Shown here: piece by piece, positions 37,401-50,591 of the stretch
Numbering within the stretch: position 1 is the stretch's first letter
Layout of the letters: the number at the start of each line of letters is the position of its first letter
Assembly: GCA_051362555.1 (NCBI GenBank)
Contig: CM120640.1
Span: 40,402,788-40,466,787, forward strand
DNA from: Lingula anatina
Lineage: Eukaryota; Animalia; Brachiopoda
Direction of reading: 5' to 3'
Length of the DNA: 64,000 nucleotides
Position numbers and translations under genes: made by a program
The notes under the pieces: generated by a model
What the model saw: only the letters and a program-made list of their open reading frames with translations
Database searches by the model: none
Told to the model about the DNA's origin: nothing

Positions 37401-39806
37401 AATAAGGAACAAACAATGGCACTTATATTCTCCCGGTTGAATTATTTCGGCAGAAAGTTTTTTACAGAGTATTGAAGGACGTGCACTACATCACAGACAT
37501 CAACAACGAGCTTAAGATATAGAATGTGCTTTTAATGGTAACCCATTTAAAATCTGAAATTATTGCTGATAATGAAATCACATCCCTCTGGATCTTGACT
37601 TAAAAATATATCTATTACATCTACTGTCTTGACTTCAAAATTTTTGTAAAGAGAAAGATACATAAATCAGCCATTATTTTGTTTCCTGTAGTTCTAAAAT
37701 GGGTAGATCTTTTTCTGAGCCTGATATCAGCAATATTTATAGAACTGTATCTTAAAATAAATGGAACAGATGGAAAAGGAATGTACCTTTAAGTATTCAG
37801 TTGGTGACCCAGGTTTTTTTCATGAATGCCTAAATGACAAGCAGATTTTCTGAATTTTCTAATGTATTTGAATGTTTGTGATACAGAAAATAAATCAAAG
37901 ATCACACAGTCATGAATAATGCTCTCTTTATATTCAAATGAGTACTAAAACAAAAACTAATAAAACTAATACAAAAATAGCTATTAGATAATGGCAAACA
38001 TAAACATTATGTGCAAAAGCACTCTTTATTTTGTAAGTGTACGTGTCCTGTGTTAAAATTTTTCTCATCATGGGTTACATTATTTTCAAATGTTGTATTA
38101 TGTACTCACATCTTATATTTGTCAAACATTCCATTTTTGAATGAACAAATCTGTCACTCAATACTTAATAAAAGAATCATCATTTTAATAGTTACATATA
38201 AAGCTACAGAACCATATGTGACTGTCATATACTGTGACCACTTTAACAAATGTGTGTATAACAAAATAGTGTTGACTAGAAAGATGCTCCTCCTGAACCA
38301 TGCACATTACATACTATATACAAGATAAACAGATCTCTTTGATTTGTTTTGGAATCCTGATCAAACTTATACTCAACATACATCTTCAAAGTCCATACTA
38401 CTTTTTGCTCAGCTAAATATGTGAGGTAACTTAAAATTTTCAGAGACGGCTTGATAATGATCACTATATTGCACCCACTTTCAACACCAATGGCAGATTT
38501 CTTGTCTATGGTTTATGTAGATAATTAGTGTCATTTAAGTCAAAATTTAACCTAGCTTGTATAAAAAAATAAGATAATACCACATGTAAGGGTCATAACC
38601 AAAATTTGAACTAGAAGTACATGTATAAACTTTTAGGAACTGGCAGGCTACAAACAAAGGCATTCTACCCTAATGGTCCAAATATTGGAAAAATTATACG
38701 ATGGACATCTCTCAAAAATACTACAAACAGAGACATGACATGAAGAAATCTGTGGTGGGATCAATGCAACAGTTTAGCTTTTATAATCAGATAGTGGGAC
38801 GAGTCATCATGGTGCAGTCATCTCCAAATGTGTCCTTTCTTGTACATCGACCCCATCTACTGAGTACTGGTTTGCTCACTTGGACTGGGGACCATGCACT
38901 CATCATTTTGCATAAAACAAAAAAGAGCTTCTTATTTACTGCACATTACCCAGCTACTTATCTTAAAAAAGATTGATTAGAGGTAGGCCAACTGAAAATA
39001 TTGTTCAAAGGCAAATTTGTCAGCTTTTGATACTTTTTTAATCCAAGTAGATCAGCAACAACTGGGCAGGGGGCTCATGTACTGAGTATAGTTTGGAGGT
39101 TGGTGAAGGAGGAGGGGGGGGCAGATAAAAAAAAAACATAGCCTATTTTTTTCTTCATATCATTTATGTCTCTAGTATTTTTTCATAATATCCACAGATG
39201 CTTACAATGTGTCTGTCGGACAATATGAGGTTGAATATATCATCAAACAAAATTGGCCTCAACTGCCTAATGAGTACAAAATGGTTATTTCAGCTGTTTT
39301 TCAGGGAGTATCTTCAGTCAATATGAATATGCCAGTATCTGGAATCGACATCCACTGTGCCCCAACTGCAGGTAAAACAATGAAAAACAATGCTTCTGTA
39401 TATACAATTTATATATAGAGAGAGTATCCTTCGATTGCGATCCAATAACCTGGTATAAAACTCAACCTAAATGTATTTGCAAACTGGATGGCAATTATAT
39501 CATCTTTGCAACCTGTGACTTCAGCTTAAAGACTTCCAGTCATGATGTCCCACACACAGATAGTCTGATGTTGGTGCTGTTACACTGTATGACATACTGT
39601 AGTATGCATTTAAAAAGATGACTTTCATTCAAAATGCACTGTAAGTACCATCTTGGCAATGCTTACAGCCACCTCAACACAGACTGATCTCAATTTTCTG
39701 AAAATCTGCTGTGAAGCAAACCTGGAGGAAGTTTTACTCTAAGTAGAGGGAGACATTAGTTTGATATAATGTAAGCCACATCTACAGGAATGATCGAGCC
39801 TTTGTT

Positions 39807-42800
39807 TCATTTCTCATCGCCTTGGACACTTCTGCTCGGGGTGGATGGAGATTTCTTTTGCTCAGCTGATGATGATGTACTGTGATCACTCTCAGACAAA
39901 CCCATGGGAAGTCCTTAAATACAAAGACAGAATGATTTTAACACATATCTTATATCGGACACAACATACAGAAAGATAGAGCACTGTTCTGTGCTTTATC
40001 CTAATATTAGTATAGGAAGAATCTACTGGTGATAACACGAGTACAAATAATGCCATGGTATACGTGGCATAATATCATGTCATGTCAAACATAATGCAGG
40101 CGCACACAGATATACAGAAAATTACACTGATAGCATACACTATCACCAGTGTTAAGTTACACAATGTCATGTAGTTTTCTGCGGCTGATAAATGAATGAT
40201 GTCTAGAGGGCATATATCACGATAATCAGCGGAGGTGAATTTTTTTCTATTGATCCTTAACATGGTTTATGGCAAATGTCATATGAAATCCACTACTACA
40301 TGTTAACCTCAAATCATTAATGTGATGTGTAATAGTCCACAACATATTTGTACCACTTCTCTGTAAGCAGATGTGTCACGCATAGGACTGCACTGCCTGC
40401 AAGAACATATATCCAATAAACCTGGCAAAAATCTATTTTTTTGACCAAGTTTTTAACATTTTAATCATATTTTTTCTAATTACAGTATTTATTTTGATTC
40501 CCCAATGGTGAAATAATAAACAACAGGTTCTATCAAAAACTGTAATATTTGTGAAGAAAAAATCACAGGAATTAAATCTTTTTACAAAATAATCCAACAG
40601 ACACAGTCACACTTTATTATGAACTTTTCACCTCACACACACCGGATTTTCCTGTGAAGTTTTCTATGTACAATCTACATTGTATCAACCACCCGTGGAA
40701 GAATTAATGCCAGTCGCACACAGAGTTCCAGACCACATTGAACAAACCATATTCTTCTGTCGCACAGAAACCCCATTTTCAAATGATTCATCAGAACTTC
40801 AAGGACTGCACACTTCTATGATTCAATAGAACTTACTCAAATTTTCTAAATAATTCAAAATGATCCAGCCGCCCACTGTAGCAGAAATCAGACATTTTAA
40901 ATTATTCAAACAAAATTACTCAGGGGCTATTAAAATGATGGAATAGACTTTACCATCTGTAGAAAAAAATGACAACTGTATAAATCACCAAGATGATAGC
41001 CTTTCTTACTTAAGGTTGTGATCTCTTTTTTTTTTCTACTAATTCTTTCAGCTTATATATTTGTCTAACATCTGTAAAAGGAACGCCATACAACTTAGAA
41101 TATTTTTAATCCAACTTATAAAATAATCCAATGGATGATTAATGGCAGAATATAACATCTGTTGCAAATGGTTGAAATTTGGAAAGGGATAACAATTGGT
41201 TTCAAGCGTAATTTGGTGCCGTCTTAGATAAAGTCTGGAAATTGGGAAGGAACAATTAGAGTATACAAAAACAGTGTCTACCTTTTGAATCAAGACTTTT
41301 ATTACAGAGAAATGACCCCCTCCCCTCCCACCCTCCAAAAACAGAAAACCATGGAAGAAAGAGTCAATTTTAAAAATTTGCAGATAGAATATCCAAGACA
41401 CATTCAAAGTAAAATTCAGTTGTGTAGCCCTTTTCAATAGCTGTACTATGCCACGTGAAGTGTAATAGTACATGTATAGCTCCTCTGGGGACTGATAGTC
41501 CGGTGGCTTAAGGAAAAAATCGTGACACGGCGGATAAAAGCACTAAATTTTGCATGTGGGTACCTTTTGCCATACTAAATCAAATAAAAGCCGTAGCCCA
41601 CGGAAAAGAATTACCGTTTGGCCAAAAAATCCAAAATGGCCGCCAATTTATGGAATTCTATAGAAATGTGTACCTACCTATGTTGATTTTTATCAAATAG
41701 TTTATTTTCTCAGAGTTTCTCACGCCCTTATTACCCATTTTATTCATATATGGCAGATAGCAAACAAGTTCCCTTGGAATTTTTGAAAAAATCCAAGATG
41801 GCGGTCATATGCCATTAGAAACAGCCATAGGAATACTAGTGCACAACTAATATCAGCTAGAAAGATACGTTATCCACTATCAAATTAAGTCTGTTTCTCA
41901 GATTTTTGTTACCCACATAATATGTTTGTGGTGAGTAACTACTAAGTGTTCTTGGGCATTTTGGAAAATCCAAGATGGCTGCCATGTGCCACAGGAATTC
42001 TAGTATGCGGGGGATTCAACTAATGGCAACTGGAAAGATTAATTTTCCACTATCAAATTAAGTTTGTTTCTGGGTGTTTTCCACATCCTTTCCACCCACA
42101 CAATATGCATGTGGTGAGTAACTAACATGTATTCCTGGGCATTTTGAGAAAATCCAAGATGGCCGCCATATGTCTTAGGAATACTTCTAGTATTACAAAG
42201 GGTTGGAACTAATGCCAGCTAATTCACTATCAAATTTAGTTTATTATTTTAGTGTTTTACACATAATTATTACTCTGTGATACATATCTAGCAGGTAATA
42301 AATGTGCATATTTGATCTTTTTGAGAAAATCCAAGATGGCCGTCATTGGCCATAGGAATACCACGGTAATTACAACTGCACATCCATGGCCTTTCATCTA
42401 CTACCAGGGTGAAATTGTGTTTGCTTATCAAGTTTTGTCCATCCTTATTAGTCCTATGATATATATCTGGTGGGTAAACAGTGTACATCCTTGGATATTC
42501 TGAGAAAATCCATGATAGCTACAATTTGACATAGGAATACAAATGGGTGGGTTTCAATTACTGCTAGAGAGGCATATGGTTTATTATACAATTACATTAC
42601 CATGGGTTTGTTTTAAAACTAATTTATGTTTTTCATTCCATTTATTATTATTATTCCTTTGATGTATACCTGGTCTGTAGCATGTGTGTATCTTTGAGTA
42701 TTCTGGAAAAAATTCAAGATGTCTGCCTTTTGTCATTAGAATATTCGAACATATAATCAAATAGTGCCAGAGAATAGTGCCAGAGACACTGAGTACAATT

Positions 42801-45800
42801 TAAATGCAGTTAACTTTAGATCGTTTTTAAATGTTTTTCATATCCTATTTATCCTTAAGAAGGTCTCTGTGTGTGTAAAAAGTGTATGTATCCATGAGTA
42901 TTATTCGGAGAAAACCCAAGATAGCTGCAAGTTATCATAGGAATATATCATTCAAATGCAAATAGGTGTCAATCAATGGAACAGTTCAGACATTGATTCC
43001 AACATGAAATAAAGCCGTTTGATGTTCAAACATGTTGACATCCTTATTAACCTTACTCTATATAAATCTGGTGTGTAGCAAGTGTGTCTTGCGCATTTGA
43101 GAAAATTCAAGATTGCTGCAATTCACAATAGGAATAGTACATTTAACTATTGCCAGAGAGACATTGGGTTCAATGTGACATTAATTTTATTTCTCGGTAT
43201 TTCCCACATTCTTTTTGGACTTTGAGATATCTATCTGGTGGGTAACAAGTGTGTACCCTTAAGTATTTTGACAAAATATCATGATTACCCTCATTTGCCT
43301 TAGAAGTACGTATAAAATCTAATGCACCAGTTTTCCTATGGGGAAAAGAAGGCCATCTTGGACTTCCCCAAAATGATAAAATATGGACAGTAATAACCTA
43401 ACAGATATGTATCATGGGATAATAATACTAAAAAAAACAGAATGACAACTGAATTCCGCTTCATTTTATATGTAAGCCTATCTACCGCAGGTATTAACTG
43501 AACCCCACCTTCTATGGCTAATATGGCAGCCATTTTGCTTTATTTTCTTTTCAAAAAGGATACACATAACATTCTCATCATATATATGTATCTTATGTGA
43601 ATTAAAAAGATGTGGAAAATACTCAGAAACAAACCTAACTTATCAATTAATATTATATCTCCATGGCAGAAGAAGCTCTATGTGTATACTAGTATTCCTT
43701 TGATATGGCGGCCATCTTGGATTTTTCTCGAAATGCCTGAGAATAAAGGTTAGTTACTCACCATAAATATATTATTTGTGTAATAAGAAACAATTAGATA
43801 GTGGGCAATGCATCTTCCTAGTTGGCATTAGTTAGTTGAAAACCCGTGTACATGATCTACAGTAGTATTCCTATGCCATATGGCGGCCATCTTGGATTTT
43901 TCAAAAAGTCCAAGGACACTTGTTTGTTATCTGACACATATGCATAATATGGGTAATAAGGATGTGGAAATCATTGAGAAAATACTTAATATGATAAAAA
44001 TAAACATAGGTATGTATATATTTCTACAGAATTTCACAAATTGGCGGCCATTTTGGCTTTTTTGGCCAAACGGTAATTTTTTTCCGTGGGCTACGGCTCT
44101 AATTTGATTTAGTTTGTCAAAAGGTACCCACATGCAAAATTTGTTGCTTTTATCCGCCGTGTCACGATTTGGCAATTTTTTTGCCCTAAGCAACCGGACT
44201 ATGAGGGAATCCTTGAAACAGGAAATGAGTTTTGTATCCCCAAAACATGTCTATGACATAATCTAAGGATTGGCAAAAACAGGACTTACAGTAACAATGC
44301 ATTTATGAAATATGCATCATTGTACTGTTTAGTCATTTGTGTCAGGTAAAAGTGGTTTTGTGAAGGTACTCTTAAAAATTATCCTTTAAATTGCCATTTC
44401 AAATGATTCAGCAGAATTAACTCTAAGAAAAAATGCCCATCATTCAGTGGCATTTATTCTCAGAAATCACCATGACATCGAAAGAAATTTTCTCTGCGAA
44501 AATGCCATTTCTGATGATTCAGACACAATCAGTGCTGAGTGCAGATATTGGACTTCACACTGTTATTGAATGCAATAATGCACCTGACTCATATGCAGCT
44601 TCCATGACAATGTAGATATGTAATGATGGAGGCACTTACTGGAGCATCTTATCAGCCGTAGTAGATCTAATATATTTTACTGATTCTTGTTTCCAAACAA
44701 ATTAACTGCATGTGTTAATGTTGTTTCATATGGCAGAGATAGATAATGAAAATCACAGGATCACAATTCAAACAATGGGTTTGGATTATAATATCTCATC
44801 TAATACGGTTCAATGTACATTAATATTCTGAAAAGTGCACCTTCTGTTTTGACATACAGAGCAATAATGTACAATAGCTAATAAAACTAATATGTAATCA
44901 AAAGATAATTACATACAGTCCTTTCTGTATCTCAATCAATTAAGTTGTTCAAATCTTACTCTGGGACAATTTTATACGATAATAATAATAATAATTATAA
45001 TTTATCAATTAATAATAATAATAAATGAAGTAATCAATAAAGGGTGAGTGGTTTATGGAAAAGTAAAAGAATACTTTGCAAGAGGTTCAATTAGTTAATC
45101 TTTGGGTTGAACTGACTAGACACTGTTCTCAAGGGACAAATGGTGAGCCAACTAATTACCAGACAAAAATAACATTTGGAGAAAATCCAATTATGAAGAA
45201 ACAAGCTTAAAACATTAATTGCTGAATAAGATAAAAGTCAGCTGAAAAATGATAATTGCCAATAAATCCTAAATAAAATTTTCAGAAAATTTTATGTATT
45301 ATCAAAAAACATTTTCTTTGGCATAAATTTGTTGTAACCATTAAAAGTATTTTTGTTTATAAGCATGGGTGCCATTTTGGTAGGAAGGTCCAGTAGTTCA
45401 AACATTAATTATAAGAAAATGATAAAAAATTTTTTTTTTCTGAATTTTCAAACTTGAAATTAAAAAAAAAAAAAATTAAATTGTTCAGAAGCTTCACTGA
45501 TTTGACATTCCATGGTCTGAGGCTCAGTTTCCTGACTATGATCTGCCTGCCCTTTAGTGCAACAGTAATTTTAAAAGAAGTTTTGTTTTAACAATCTTGG
45601 GGGTGAGAACGGTTCTTATACCCTCTATTTTCCTGCTGGCAATTGTTATTGAATTTTCTGACCTCAAAAAACTCTGAACTGACATGAAAATCTAAATACC
45701 AAAGAGCCTTCAGACCAATGAACCAGTACATTCTGTGCTAATGGACCTTCAGCCTAATTAACCTACAAATTACACAGCAAGACACACCCAATAATTATCA

Positions 45801-48800
45801 TTAGGTATGGGCTCGAGTCTGCGGTTTTAAAAAACAAGACATTGTGAAAAAACTTGATACACTGTAATACCACAAGGAAGTCAATAAAATATGGCAATTA
45901 AGGCCCAAACAAAGGTTACTGACATCATCTTTGACTTTTGAAGAATTATCACCATAATGAGTAGTCTCTAATACAGAATCAATGACATTTCCCTAGCCTC
46001 ATGGGTACAAATAATTCATAAATGACATTTCATTACCTTAGTAAGGGGGTGCATTACCTTAACATTTAAATATATACATACCTAGAGAGGTTATCTGACC
46101 CTGGCAATATGCACTTTATTTATTTTATTTTTATTTATTTATTTACTTACTTAATTTTTTCTAATTTTTTTTTTGTTTTGTTTTGTTTTGTTTGGGGGGG
46201 GGGGGGGGGGGAGGGGTTGAAATGCCAATACTTATTTGAAGTGTGTAAGTTAAATTACTCAAATAATGCACTGGGACCCTCACAAGATATATGCCTTGAA
46301 AACCTTTAGCTGGCACTCGAGGTGTTCTGGCCTATTTTGCTCGGGTGACAGAGTATTATCTCACACATAACCGCAGACAATTAAATATATATAACATATT
46401 ACCCTGGGCTTCAGATCTAGGGTCTCCCAGCTTCTTCTATCTTAAGTCTCCAATATGTGCATGTTTACTGGTCTGACAGATGCACATATACTTAGTAAAT
46501 GGGCATTTGCACATGAACCTTTATATACCTACAGAACATATTTTTTTAATACAGAAGTGCCTCAAACTTATGTATTATTAGGTTACCAAGTTTATGCCGT
46601 AAAAAAAAGGAAACAAACTATCAAATACAGTCAAGACGATGCAATGAAACAGATAACAGAACAGCAGACAAATCCTATTATAACACCTAACAAGAAATCC
46701 ATACACTGTACGAGACACATTATCAACAGTTATATCAGATATAATGGAAGCATTAACCTTGATGGTCTAATTTTTAATTAACGCTGAAATCTGTTCTGAT
46801 GAATAGTATTTAAATACAATGGTCTTATTGCATGCATGTATGCATGTGCACGAACACACACAAACACGTGCACTTGCACACAAAGTATTTATTTTCTAGC
46901 TGTTGGCTGGTATATATAGAAAACTTAACAATTAACTGTCCATGATTTGTCAAACAAAGCCAGCAATGCAAAAGGTCTATGACATCTACCCACCAGTGTT
47001 CACCATATGTTTGGAGGTTGTCTTCTGAGCTATATTTAACTAAATCATTCAACTCAAGGTTAATCTGTCCAGGTCTATTTCCCTAGAGTTTCATCAAAAA
47101 GCCATTAGCTTATAAAGTCCAGTAAATATTGGAAGTGAAACTTGGGAGTGCAGAATTAGTGTAGACTAACACCACACATTGGATACCACATTGGATACTC
47201 CTTAAGATATACTTAGAGCAATCAAACAAACATCAGTTTATATTTTATCAAGTGAAGGCAAAACATTGATTAGGAACAACTTCATGTAATTATGACTGAC
47301 AAGTAAAAGGAAGTGGAGAAAAATGTGACAAGGCTACACCTTTTATAAATGTCAACATGTCTTTTTACTTTGAAGGGTTTCTGTGCACATTAAAAGTTAA
47401 AGATGCATACAAAGTCTATTTTTTGTCACAAAAACCAACCAAATGCCAGCATATAGTTTCAAGTCATATAACTAAGAGAATTACCAAAAGGCATTGTTTA
47501 ATTTCACCCCAAAGTGTTGTTTGAACAGATTTTTCTGCTGGCATTCTAAGCTGTATGTCAATGGGGCAGGAAAGTAGGTCACGGAAGTAGGTTAAATTTA
47601 CAACCATAAATTTAAAGAAAGGAGCAGTCAGAAGGTCTTTTATGGCCGATCGAGTGATCTATTCAGTTTATCCCTTGGCATGTCGAATTTATTTGAGTCA
47701 TATAAGAATCTAGTAGAAGTGGTTTACATGTGTTACTGGGAATCCACACTCCACCGATGCTCGGTTCGTATGTACCTTTAATACGTAAGTTTTTTTGGTC
47801 CATGTACAGTAGCATGGAAGTTATCGGCCATAAAATATTGAAGCTATAATTGATGGCATCAAAGGATATTTTGACTTACAAGTATTTATTATCTTAACAT
47901 AGAACATTTATTATGGTTACCTTCGTAACAAAATCTATAAGGTAATGGGGAAAGGAAACCCTGACCCATCAAACACAATACCCATTTATATCAGTCACAG
48001 GTTTTTCTCTAAATAAAAATAATTAGAGCATTTTATTTTTATTTGTTTATTTATTTTTTTTGCTCTATTTTACCCTTATTTAGTATTCTTTGGGCTTATA
48101 AGTCACTTGCTACCTTGAAGTTAATTGCATGGATGTTAATCCATTGTCTTAATTACCAAAGGATTAATGGCCTGTTTAAATTACAAAGTCTTATATCCAG
48201 GTAAATACTCGATCAATATTATGTAATCTTGTTCAACCATAAAGGGTTTATGTGCCTATTCCGTACTATGTCACATCTCTTCAACCCCCCCCCACACCTA
48301 GTGACAAACCTATTTATATTCCCATTCAATACCCATGAAATCACTCTTCCCCTATTAATTAACTATGACCTTCAGTAATGTCATATTCAGGGTAACATCA
48401 AAACTGGGGATGGGAATATTCATAGCAGAATACAAACACCTAACTAGCTGGGCTTTTAAGTTCTTAAGAGATGTGTTAACTCAGGCAAAGTAAAACTCTG
48501 AAAAAGATTGAAGCTCCTTATCTAAAGAAAATGGTCAAAGATTGTAAAGCAAAGATGGCAGTCAGTCCAGAAGTAGGCAATATGAGTGAAAAAGAGTTCA
48601 CCTGTGTTCAAGTGTCAACTCTCTTTGATGAATGATTTCTATGAAATCCTGAAGAAATGATTAATTAACCTTTCACACACAGCATAGAATTCTAAGTAAA
48701 GTGTCCTTTTTTACAGCCAAAAAAACCGACTGGAATAATTCAAAATGTTCTCAACAAGTCATCAGATTGCATAACATAGGATTCCATATTCTACATGTGT

Positions 48801-50532
48801 CTCAAGGCAACTTCATAACCTTAAATTTACAGGCTTTTTTTCGGCTAAATCTCCATTCCAAATACACAGCACTGTAAAGGCAACTTACAGTAGCTGTTTG
48901 TTCACCATGGTTTTTATGTAATCAGGCCCTGAGTTGTACATGTAAGCTAGTACCAGTTAGATACTTTGCCATCCACACCACACAGTCCCTATTTTCCACA
49001 CACACACACATACACAGACAGATAAGACATCAAATATTAATAATACAATCTAACAGATGAAGCATAAAGTACTAATACATATGGCAGGCTGGCAAGCCAT
49101 ATAGCACCTACCACAAATTTCAAACACTGTTAGGGGCAGACAACATGCAATTGAGCCAACAAACTACTGGCCATATATTAAAGTACTTCCTTTTTAAGCA
49201 GACAATTGAATGCGAGAATAATTAAATTCTTAGTGTTATTACATCAACTGGCAAAAGAAAGTACATCAACAATTTTGAAACAGAAATGGTTAAAAACTAT
49301 ATGTCAAACAGTCTACATCATTTAAAGCTGGTACTTGATTTTCAGTCAATAAACTATAAATTTATGATTAAGTACCTCATTAGTAGTTTTTGAAAGAGGA
49401 TCCACTCACTTGGAAATACATGTATTTTTAAATGTTACTACAGGAAGCACTCATACACAAATTTTTTTACAAAGAGATGCAAAAAATATCAGCACTGTTC
49501 ATGGATTATTCTATTTCTGGTTTATCCATTTATCTATTTCTATTACTTGTTCAAGGCAAAGATCTGAACATCATCTATGATTCATATCTGTAATTTCCAT
49601 CACGGAAGAGAGTCAACACTAACTTTTTTCAGGATTATGACAATGCCTTGTTCTGCACTCTAAGGATGACAGGTGGAAAGTGACAGATGACACTTCTCCC
49701 AGCACTACCAGGCCACACCTCCCTAGGGACTGGCTTAATGCCTCACCATTAGTCTTAGGACGTTTTTCACAAAAGACTTATTTACATCAGTTCTGATTCA
49801 ATTAAGAAGTGGTTCCGTGTCGTCGTATTAGAAATTGCAAAGCTGCCAGCTCTTTATGCGTGTAGACATTTTTTTGATGGATTTTCATTTCAGTTGTTAT
49901 TCTGTTGGTAATTATACGATAAACAAATGATCAACACACCTATTTTGCCTATTAGCTATGCCCATTAACTATAGGCCAAAAGTATTAACTGTTTTCAATG
50001 TAATTTACAAGGCTCAGAGTCTGTAGTCAGTTTTGACTTTAGTTGCATGTAGAAAGATGATTAAAATTGGTGAAAGTGCTTGTTTGAGAAGTTAAGAAAA
50101 TTGCTTAACATGTACATATCATCAGAACATAAGTATTTAATCTTGATATGTGAAATTTCCTATAAAAGTGCTTATGTACTAATCTGGCCTTACAAAGATC
50201 CAGAACGTTAACCCAACTAAAATAAGTCTCATGTGGTCACCTCCGTAGAGTGTGATATCATGCAGATACACATTGATTCAACTATCCTATAGCAAAGAAG
50301 AAGACAATATAGAAGCAATATGTCTATGTGGAAAAAGAAAGGAAGGTCAGATAATGGACAATCAATGAATAAAAACAGCCCTGAGTGATGGAGTTATGAA
50401 GAAATCAATGAGACAAGGTTATTTAAGATTATTCTATTTTCTTATCATGTTCTGGCTTCACTTTGGTGGCATTGCATTGAATCCATTACTTCCTGTGTCA
50501 AGACACCAGATAAAAACCCAGTGTACAATTAA

Positions 50533-50591
<59 letters not shown>

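Noticed and set aside
43336-44193. ORFs beginning MAAIL inside the TIR element
   Set aside because: They arise from the repeated ATGGCGGCCATCTTG motif; they are short and not transposase-like.
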